A stretch of 64,000 nucleotides of DNA from Deltaproteobacteria bacterium (GTDB taxonomy: Bacteria; Desulfobacterota_D; UBA1144; Nemesobacterales; CSP1-2): assembly GCA_016187835.1 (NCBI GenBank), contig JACPIY010000079.1, positions 394-64,393 on the forward strand, written 5' to 3'. The translations under genes and the position numbers were made by a program. Under the pieces are notes generated by a model. That model saw nothing but the letters and a program-made list of their open reading frames with translations, did not search any database and was not told where the DNA came from. This document shows, piece by piece, positions 51,857 through 59,553 of this stretch. Position 1 is the first letter of the stretch; each line of letters starts with the position of its first letter.

Positions 51857-52738
51857 CTAAATTGCTTCGAGAATGATACTGACCTTTGCTTTCCCTCTTG
51901 GGAACTGTGCCAACTCCACCAGACGCTCGGGTATTTGAATTCTTCGGCCATAACCAAAAGAGCCGACTACAGTGGGCCTATGTTTGTAGTCTTCGTGAAT
52001 CTGCTTATATGAACTCTGGAAAGACTTGAGGCTTTCCTCTTTCTCAATTTGATGAATGAGGCTAAACACCCACTTAGGTATAGATCCTCTCATTACTCTA
52101 TCCATCTCGCGTATTGCGTGAGCGCGATAGGTGGGTAAGTCAGCACAATTAACAAGCGCCTGGTTTCTGTGATTGTATGCCTGAGCATCATGGCAAACCA
52201 GAACCATAGTTGTGCCGAGAGATGTAGCCACTATTCTTGGCGATTGCCTCCCTTTGCGAGTGCTGAATCCTGCAAGCCAGTTCTGTTCTTCAAGAACTGG
52301 AAAGCTCTTCCATGCTACAGTTTTGATTTCTCCGCTGTTTAGAACTACTGCGAACTGGCCGCCACCTATTTCGTTCTTGTCGAACACATCTACGCCAATC
52401 ACGTAATCTCGCATTGAGCCTTTCAGTGTTTCGGCAACGGGCTTAACTCTCTCGCTGACAAGATTCGTTAGCTTGTCCAGAGTTCCTTTGGATTTCCACG
52501 ATTTTCTGGTGAAATGCTCATTGAGGCAGATTTCGATAAATCCACCACCACTGACTACAAGTCTTACCTTAGGTAGCATGGACACTTCGTCGTCGATGGC
52601 TTTGAGGATATTGCCCATCAATGGAATATCATCGCGGGGTATCCAAAGCGGATGTAGTAACTGAGCCACTGGGCCAGAATTTCCGACGATGCGAAACCTT
52701 AGTTTTGCATTGATGCGTTTACCAGCTTTAGCACCCAT
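51857..52738 (-). CDS. Hypothetical protein with nitrilase (CN-hydrolase)-like motifs
   Basis: WKSFP and VLVCHD resemble the Lys and Cys motifs of the nitrilase triad; no obvious catalytic Glu (SGGGF). Confidence 0.55.
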   Translation of the reverse strand: MGAKAGKRINAKLRFRIVGNSGPVAQLLHPLWIPRDDIPLMGNILKAIDDEVSMLPKVRLVVSGGGFIEICLNEHFTRKSWKSKGTLDKLTNLVSERVKPVAETLKGSMRDYVIGVDVFDKNEIGGGQFAVVLNSGEIKTVAWKSFPVLEEQNWLAGFSTRKGRQSPRIVATSLGTTMVLVCHDAQAYNHRNQALVNCADLPTYRAHAIREMDRVMRGSIPKWVFSLIHQIEKEESLKSFQSSYKQIHEDYKHRPTVVGSFGYGRRIQIPERLVELAQFPRGKAKVSIILEAI

Positions 52739-52811
52739 GAGTTGGTGATCCCCAGGAGTTTCCCGCTATGTGCTACCGATAGCACTCTAACTAATAATTC
52801 GCCTGCATAAA

Positions 52812-52847
52812 TGCAGTATAACATCCGAAACGGCACGTTATACTGCA
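52812..52847. repeat. 11-bp perfect inverted repeat
   Basis: TGCAGTATAAC-14 bp-GTTATACTGCA. Confidence 0.7.
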
Positions 52848-52879
52848 AACCGTTGCTTTACACAATTCACGAGCGGATT

Positions 52880-53599
52880 CTAACTCAACGTCTCTCCCGG
52901 CTTAAGAGCTATGATCTCCATGTCCTTCATGTCTTTTGTAAGCTCTCTAAGCTGCTCAGGAGTTCCTGTAAGCAGCGGGAACGTGGCGTAGTGCATGGGA
53001 ATTACGTACTTGGGATTAAGGAAACGACATGCGTATGAGGCTTCCTGCGGAGACATAGTAAAAAGATCTCCAATCGGAATCATGACAAGCTCAGGTTTAT
53101 AGATTTCTGCAATTAGCTTCATGTCGCTAAATACTGCGGTGTCTCCAGAATGGTATGCTCTAAATCCGTTTTCAAACTCTATGACATAACCCACAGCTTC
53201 TCCGCCATAGATGATTTTTCCGTCATCGTCCTGTATGCCGCAGCTATGGTCTGCATGAACCATCGCGAATTTAATCCCGTCCACCGCCTGCGTGCCGCCC
53301 TTATTCATTGGCATGATCCCTTCAACACCCTTTGAGTTGACCCAGACGCAGGTCTCATAAATCCCGACCACTTTGGGATTGTGCTCTTTCCCTAGAGCTA
53401 CTGCATCGCCGATGTGGTCGAAGTGGGCATGTGTTATTGCCATGATGTCAATCTTATCGAATTTCTTATGATTCTCGGGGCATGCTGGGTTTCCCTGAAC
53501 CCAGGGGTCTATAACTATGGTTTTACCCACAGGGGATTTTATCTTAAAAGTAGAATGCCCCAAGTATGTAATTTCAACACCTCGATTGAGTTTTTTCAT
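52880..53599 (-). CDS. UPF0173 metallo-beta-lactamase-fold hydrolase
   Basis: LGHS.F, IDPW, THAHFDHIGD, HSGDT, PIGD.FTM, IPMHY; start re-assigned to MKKLN (GGGAG SD). Confidence 0.92.
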   Translation of the reverse strand: MKKLNRGVEITYLGHSTFKIKSPVGKTIVIDPWVQGNPACPENHKKFDKIDIMAITHAHFDHIGDAVALGKEHNPKVVGIYETCVWVNSKGVEGIMPMNKGGTQAVDGIKFAMVHADHSCGIQDDDGKIIYGGEAVGYVIEFENGFRAYHSGDTAVFSDMKLIAEIYKPELVMIPIGDLFTMSPQEASYACRFLNPKYVIPMHYATFPLLTGTPEQLRELTKDMKDMEIIALKPGETLS

Positions 53600-53856
53600 T
53601 TTCTCCCTCCGTACTGTTTGATTTTCAGAGTATTTTAAATTAACCACATTGATAGAAACATTGCAACCTAAGTTTTTCGGCATTCAGCGCTTTATATTTA
53701 GAAATTCCATTTGCTGATTTCCAGATTTTTGATTTACCTTTTAGACAAGATAGGTATTAGAATACATAATCCGAGACTCGCAATCTCTTAAATTTCACTT
53801 GAACTCTTACTAGCTAAAGCTTACTATTTAATTAATCGAATCCGTGCCGAGACAAA

Positions 53857-54735
53857 ATGAAGGGTAAAGAAAAATACTTACTTATACTTGTAGAAGTATT
53901 GATTTTGCTTCTCATAACTTACTCACACATACCAGCATGGATAGATAAAGGATACGCAGATATAGAATCCTGTTCTTCTGTAAAATTAGAGACAATCACT
54001 CCAGATACTCTTCGTTCTCTCAGCTTCAATGAGCGTATCAAATGGTACGAAAATAGGCTTTCACCCTGCAGACTGCCACTAAAAGAGAGCTCAGCGCGCA
54101 ATAATATACCAACGATTCTTCTTTCTACGATAATACTCAATGAGCTTGCCGATATAAACCTTCTTGATCTTGGTCAGGAATGGATTGGTGTGGAAAAGGG
54201 CTCGGTAGGAATTGCCCAAATTCAGATTGATACTGCGATGTTTCACAAACTGGTTGACGTCAGAGAGGAAGAAATTGATAAATATCAAAACTCAACCGAA
54301 GCCACACAAAGATTCGGAGGGAAGAAACCATCAAGGAATCAGGCACTAAGGATTCTCATTGCCCAAAAACTCATGCATCCCGAGATCGCAATCGAAGCAG
54401 CGGCAAGAGAAATTAAAAAAATACTCGAAAACATCAAAGCCTGCTCTCCTAGTCCATGGATAAATAACTTCCTCACAGGAAAAATCAATCTTACGAATCA
54501 CAATCCAAACCAAATCTATAAATTCATAAAAGGTAAGACTCAAAGAGAAAAAAATATTAATCTCGCACGAATGATTGCCGCTCCTTACAACTCCTCAGGA
54601 ATTGAGTGCGTGGAGAATCCGGGAAATCCTTTTTCTCCAGACGATAGTGGTCCATTTGCAAACCCAAGAAAACGTAGCGACGCAGCAGCCCTTATAGCCA
54701 GTGATTTATTCGACGGTAATTTGTTTAATAATTAG
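53857..54735 (+). CDS. Exported protein with lysozyme/transglycosylase-like motifs
   Basis: N-terminal hydrophobic leader; ILNE (candidate catalytic Glu), SVGIAQIQ (GxxQ), A..YNS. Confidence 0.55.
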   Translation: MKGKEKYLLILVEVLILLLITYSHIPAWIDKGYADIESCSSVKLETITPDTLRSLSFNERIKWYENRLSPCRLPLKESSARNNIPTILLSTIILNELADINLLDLGQEWIGVEKGSVGIAQIQIDTAMFHKLVDVREEEIDKYQNSTEATQRFGGKKPSRNQALRILIAQKLMHPEIAIEAAAREIKKILENIKACSPSPWINNFLTGKINLTNHNPNQIYKFIKGKTQREKNINLARMIAAPYNSSGIECVENPGNPFSPDDSGPFANPRKRSDAAALIASDLFDGNLFNN

Positions 54736-54886
54736 GACTTCTACTTATTACAACTTTTGTGAATCCATACATTGAATGCCTTAACCATTCTAAACTCTAT
54801 TGAAAATAACTTACTTTAAAAGGAAATGAATCTTTTCAGCTTATATTTCATAATCTTTTAATGCAAAGTTAAACTAAACTTTAGTT

Positions 54887-55300
54887 ATGAACTACGAAAT
54901 ACTCGACCACACTGCAGATGTATGTGTCAGGGTTTACGGAAAATCCTTTGACGAGCTCCTTAGAAACGCTGCATACGCCATGATGGAGTTGATTACGGAT
55001 AGAGAAAAAATAATCCCGTCTCAAAAAATAGAGATCAAAACCAAAGGAGAAACAAAAGAGGAACTCCTGGTTCATTGGCTTGGAGACATCCTATATCTTC
55101 ATCAAGCAAAGAAAATGGTTTTTAGAGATTTTGAGGTACATATAATCAGTGAGACTCAAGTAAAAGGAAAAGCCTTCGGTGAAAAAATTGATTTAGAAAA
55201 ACATGAGCTCTCTTCAGATATTAAAGCTGTCACCTATCATAATTTGAAAATAGAGACTCTGGATAATGGACTAAAAGTAGATATAGTATTTGATATATAG
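54887..55300 (+). CDS. Archease
   Basis: YEILDHTAD, IKAVTYH, VFDI. Confidence 0.95.
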   Translation: MNYEILDHTADVCVRVYGKSFDELLRNAAYAMMELITDREKIIPSQKIEIKTKGETKEELLVHWLGDILYLHQAKKMVFRDFEVHIISETQVKGKAFGEKIDLEKHELSSDIKAVTYHNLKIETLDNGLKVDIVFDI

Positions 55301-55302
55301 TA

Positions 55303-55448
55303 AGTATTCAGCCACGAAAATGCGGGGTTGTAGGTCGGGCATTTCGGCGAAGCCAATTGACACAGATACAGGATCCAGGATACAAGATGCATGTAAAAAC
55401 TTTCGTGAATTATGCATCATACATCGTGCATCATGAATCTTGCATCAA
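55303..55448. repeat. Heptamer-armed palindromic element (copy C) between archease and rtcB
   Basis: AGTATTCAGCCAC head, insert, AATTGACACAGAT, then GATACAG-GATCCAG-GATACAA-GATGCAT and ATCATAC-ATCGTGC-ATCATGA-ATCTTGC. Confidence 0.85.
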
Positions 55449-55474
55449 TATCTTAACATGGGGCGATCAGGGTT

Positions 55475-56920
55475 ATGAACGAAGAAATAAAGCTTGAAAA
55501 AATACACGACTATCTCTGGGAAATACCACAAAAAGGCGGGATGAGGGTACCGGGAAGGGTATATACAAACGAAAAGATGCTAAGAGACATTCGACAGGAT
55601 AAATCGCTTGAACAAGTAGTGAATGTGGCGCATCTGCCGGGAATTCAAAAATATTCAATTGCTATGCCCGATATTCACTGGGGGTACGGGTTTCCAATAG
55701 GAGGAATTGCCGCAATGAATGTCGAAGAGGGAGTAATTTCTCCGGGAGGTGTCGGTTATGACATAAACTGCGGTGTAAGACTCATGGCGACAAATCTAAC
55801 GGAAGAAGAAGTAAGACCAAAACTGAGAGACCTTGTGACAGAACTCTTTAGTTGCGTCCCATGCGGGGTTGGTGTAAGCGGTAAGATAAAGCTGTCCAAT
55901 AAAGATTACAAAGAGCTTATAGAAAAAGGAGCGAAATGGGCAATCGAAAGAGGATGGGGAGATAGAGAGGATTTGGAAAGGATTGAGGATCATGGATCGT
56001 TTCGAGGGGGAGACGTGGACACTATCAGCAAAAAAGCCCTTGAAAGAGGAAAGGACGCGATAGGAACGCTGGGCTCTGGTAATCATTTTCTTGAGGTTGA
56101 CGTCGTAGATCAAATCTATAAACCCGGAGTTGCCGATGCCTTCGGACTTTTTAAAGACCAAGTATGCGTTCAGATTCACTGTGGCTCTAGGGGATTTGGC
56201 CATCAAATATGCACGGATTACATAGACATAATGCTCTCCTATATGAGAAAAGAAGGAATTAATCTCCCAGATAAACAACTAGCCTGCGCTCATATTAAAT
56301 CGGAAGAAGGAAGGGATTATCTTTCGGCTTTCGCAGCGGCTGTTAACTACGCATGGGCAAACAGACAGATCATCATGGCTTTTGCCAGAGATGCGTTCTA
56401 CAGTGTATTTCGGATAGGACCAAGGGAACTAGGAGGACATCTTGTCTATGATGTAAGCCACAACATTGCAAAGTTTGAAGAACATAAAATCAATGGAAAG
56501 ACCAAAAAGGTATGCGTTCATAGAAAAGGAGCAACAAGGGCTTTCCCTAAAAATCATCCGTTAATACCAGAAATCTATAGAGAAGTGGGACAGCCGGTGT
56601 TTATCCCCGGAGATATGGGAAGGGCTTCTTTTGTCCTTGTAGGAACTGAGGCAACACTTGATGAAACGTTTGGATCATGCTGTCATGGAGCAGGAAGAGT
56701 GCTCTCAAGGAAAAAAGCCTTAAAAAGCGGAAAAGGTAGAAACCTTTTTGCCGAACTTGAGGGGAAGGGTATTATTGCTATGGCAAGAGGAAAAAGAACT
56801 GTGGCTGAAGAAATGCCTGAGGCCTATAAAGAGGTAGAAGACGTTTGCGATGTTGTGCAGAATGCTGGGATCGCCGAAAAGGTGGCAAGACTAAGACCCA
56901 TAGGAGTCATAAAGGGATAA
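55475..56920 (+). CDS. rtcB: RNA-splicing/repair ligase RtcB (long archaeal/eukaryote-like type)
   Basis: MPD.HWGYGFPIGG, SPGGVGYDINCG, GTLGSGNHFLE, HNIAK, HRKGATR, HGAGR, EE.P.AYK. Confidence 0.97.
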   Translation: MNEEIKLEKIHDYLWEIPQKGGMRVPGRVYTNEKMLRDIRQDKSLEQVVNVAHLPGIQKYSIAMPDIHWGYGFPIGGIAAMNVEEGVISPGGVGYDINCGVRLMATNLTEEEVRPKLRDLVTELFSCVPCGVGVSGKIKLSNKDYKELIEKGAKWAIERGWGDREDLERIEDHGSFRGGDVDTISKKALERGKDAIGTLGSGNHFLEVDVVDQIYKPGVADAFGLFKDQVCVQIHCGSRGFGHQICTDYIDIMLSYMRKEGINLPDKQLACAHIKSEEGRDYLSAFAAAVNYAWANRQIIMAFARDAFYSVFRIGPRELGGHLVYDVSHNIAKFEEHKINGKTKKVCVHRKGATRAFPKNHPLIPEIYREVGQPVFIPGDMGRASFVLVGTEATLDETFGSCCHGAGRVLSRKKALKSGKGRNLFAELEGKGIIAMARGKRTVAEEMPEAYKEVEDVCDVVQNAGIAEKVARLRPIGVIKG

Positions 56921-56926
56921 AAAATC

Positions 56927-58204
56927 ATGCTCGATGCAAAATTTATACGGGAGAATCTAGATTATGTAAAGAAAAAAATAGAGGAGCGCGGAACTCGGAT
57001 AGATCTCGACAAATTCTTAATACTCGATGAAGAGAGAAGGAGGATAATACAAGAGGTCGAAGAGCTTGAGCATAAAAGGAACAGGGGTTCAAAGAAGGTA
57101 GGAGAACTAAAAAGACAAAGAAAAGACGATGAATCCGAATGGCTTCAGATGGAGCTTAAGGGAATCTCGGAAAAGATCAAAGAATTCGGCGAAAAAAGAA
57201 ACCAGGTTGAAGAAGACTTTAAGGACTTTCTTTTGAATGTTCCCAATATACCAAATGATTCCGTTCCTTATGGTAAAGACTCCTCAGATAATCTTGAGAT
57301 AAGACGGTGGAGCCGCCCAAGGGAGTTTGATTTCAACCCGATAGACCACGTAGAGATTGGTAAGAAGCTGGATATTCTTGATCTGGAAAGAGCTTCAAAG
57401 ATTGCAGGGGCGAGATTTGCCCTTTATAAAGGTCTTGGTGCCAGGCTTGAAAGGGCACTTATCAATTTCATGCTTGATCTCCACATAAATGAACACGGCT
57501 ACACCGAAGTCCTGCCGCCTTTTATGGCGAATCGGGATAGCTTCATCGGAACAGGAAACCTTCCTAAATTTGAAGAGGAATTATTCAAAATAGAAGAGAC
57601 GGAACTCTTTTTGGTTCCCACGGCCGAAGTACCGGTAACAAATATTCACAGAGATGAGATATTAAGTGAGGAAGAGCTTACTAAAAAATACGTGGCGTAC
57701 ACGCCCTGCTTTAGAAAAGAAGCCGGCTCTTATGGAAAAGACGTGAGAGGTATTATAAGACAACACCAGTTCAATAAAGTCGAGCTGGTAAAATTCGCAA
57801 CCCCGGAAAGTTCCTACGATGAGCTTGAATCCCTGACGAAAGATGCCGCTATTGTTCTTGAACTTCTTGAACTCCCTCATCGAATCGCGCTGCTATGCAC
57901 TGGTGATATGGGATTTTCGTCCGCAAAAACCTACGATATAGAAGTCTGGATTCCAAGTGAAAACACGTATAGGGAAATTTCTTCTTGCAGCAATTGTGAA
58001 GATTTTCAGGCAAGAAGAGCTGGCATTAGATATCGGCCAAAAGAGGGCGGGAAACCGAGATTCCTCCACACACTAAACGGCTCAGGGCTTGCCGTGGGAA
58101 GAGCCGTTGTTGCAATACTTGAAAATTACCAAGAGTCCGATGTTTCGGTCAAAATACCAAAAGTTCTCGTTCCCTATATGGGCGGTGTGGAGAGAATCTC
58201 ATAA
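56927..58204 (+). CDS. serS: Serine--tRNA ligase
   Basis: [39 protein letters not shown]. Confidence 0.98.
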   Translation: MLDAKFIRENLDYVKKKIEERGTRIDLDKFLILDEERRRIIQEVEELEHKRNRGSKKVGELKRQRKDDESEWLQMELKGISEKIKEFGEKRNQVEEDFKDFLLNVPNIPNDSVPYGKDSSDNLEIRRWSRPREFDFNPIDHVEIGKKLDILDLERASKIAGARFALYKGLGARLERALINFMLDLHINEHGYTEVLPPFMANRDSFIGTGNLPKFEEELFKIEETELFLVPTAEVPVTNIHRDEILSEEELTKKYVAYTPCFRKEAGSYGKDVRGIIRQHQFNKVELVKFATPESSYDELESLTKDAAIVLELLELPHRIALLCTGDMGFSSAKTYDIEVWIPSENTYREISSCSNCEDFQARRAGIRYRPKEGGKPRFLHTLNGSGLAVGRAVVAILENYQESDVSVKIPKVLVPYMGGVERIS

Positions 58205-58211
58205 TCGTTTT

Positions 58212-58310
58212 GCTACTAAGGCACAAAAGCATATAGGAGTGAGGAGTAAAATTTAAAGATCTCTATTCTACTTCCTGATTTCTATCTTCCTGTCTTAGTG
58301 TCTTTGTGGC
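58212..58310. repeat. Related palindromic element (copy E) with GCCACAAAGACACTAAG-type ends
   Basis: GCTACTAAGGCACAAAAG ... CTTAGTGTCTTTGTGGC enclosing TAGGAGT-GAGGAGT and TTCTACT-TCCTGAT-TTCTATC arms. Confidence 0.6.
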
Positions 58311-58334
58311 CGAGAATCTATTAAACCTACTTTG

Positions 58335-59477
58335 ATGAATAAGTCACACACTGACTATGACGTAATTATCGTAGGAGCGGGTCCCGCAGGCGGGATGTGT
58401 GCCTATGAACTCTCAAAGAGAAATTTAAGCATACTTATACTGGACAAAGAGAAACTTCCGAGATACAAAGTCTGCGCAGGCGGACTGACAAAAAAAGCAG
58501 TTGACCTTTTGCCGGAGGACTTGCAGGACATAGCAGAAAACCACACTTATAACGTCCTTTTAACCCTTAATCACAGATGGGGATTCTCAAAGACAACCTC
58601 TTTTCCCATAGTAACTATGGTAATGAGAGAAAAGTTCGATTACTTTCTAGTCCAAAAATCTGTAGATAATGGCGCTCGCCTTCTCGATCAGACAAAAATC
58701 ATTTTAGCGGAAGAACTTTCGGATTGCGTCCTTGTAAAGACGGAGAAAGGAAATTTTAAATCAAAGGTAATTGTTGGGGCGGATGGTGTTACTAGCTCTG
58801 TTGGGCGCTGCCTTGGACTCAGAAAAAAACCAAGGCTCGGCGTTGCCATAGAGGGAGAGATTTTTCCAAATAACAATGCCAACGATCTATCCAAATACAA
58901 TAGGTCTCTCCACCTTGATTTTAATGTCATCCCCAAAGGTTACGGCTGGATCTTTCCCAAAAAAGACCACCTTTCTGTTGGAGTGTTTACAACTCTGCAA
59001 AAAATCAAAGATATAAAAAAATATTTTTCTCTTTACATAGATAGAAAGGGCCTTACTAAAAACTACTCCTGTCGGTCCCTTATAGGACACCAGATTCCAA
59101 TAGGAGGAAGGTCTGAGATTCTAAACACGAAAAGAGGACTACTCATAGGAGATGCCGCAGGACTTGCCGATCCGATAACAGGGGAAGGTATATACTTTGG
59201 GCTCAGAAGCGGGCAAATAGCGGCAGAAGCAATTCATAAAAGCTTGACGAGATACTCTTTCAGCCTGGATGTATATACAAAAACGGTTAAGGATGAAATT
59301 ATAAACAACTTTAGGTACGGAGGTTATTTGGCAATACTTCTTTATACCCTGAGCTTTATCGCATACAACTTAGGAAGAAAGAGTGACCTAATAATTGCAA
59401 CCTTCATCAAGACTGTCACAGGTGAACTTTCATACACAGATATCTTTACAAAATACCTGAAAAAATATTTAAGTTAG
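58335..59477 (+). CDS. Geranylgeranyl reductase family FAD oxidoreductase
   Basis: GAGPAG, PRYK.CAGG, GADG..S, YGWIFPK, GDAAG..DP.TGEGI. Confidence 0.92.
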   Translation: MNKSHTDYDVIIVGAGPAGGMCAYELSKRNLSILILDKEKLPRYKVCAGGLTKKAVDLLPEDLQDIAENHTYNVLLTLNHRWGFSKTTSFPIVTMVMREKFDYFLVQKSVDNGARLLDQTKIILAEELSDCVLVKTEKGNFKSKVIVGADGVTSSVGRCLGLRKKPRLGVAIEGEIFPNNNANDLSKYNRSLHLDFNVIPKGYGWIFPKKDHLSVGVFTTLQKIKDIKKYFSLYIDRKGLTKNYSCRSLIGHQIPIGGRSEILNTKRGLLIGDAAGLADPITGEGIYFGLRSGQIAAEAIHKSLTRYSFSLDVYTKTVKDEIINNFRYGGYLAILLYTLSFIAYNLGRKSDLIIATFIKTVTGELSYTDIFTKYLKKYLS

Positions 59478-59553
59478 CTCTCCCAGCAGGACAGATCATT
59501 AGATAATATTCCTTTGTGCAAAAGAGGCGCTGCACTATTTCGATGAATTTTGA

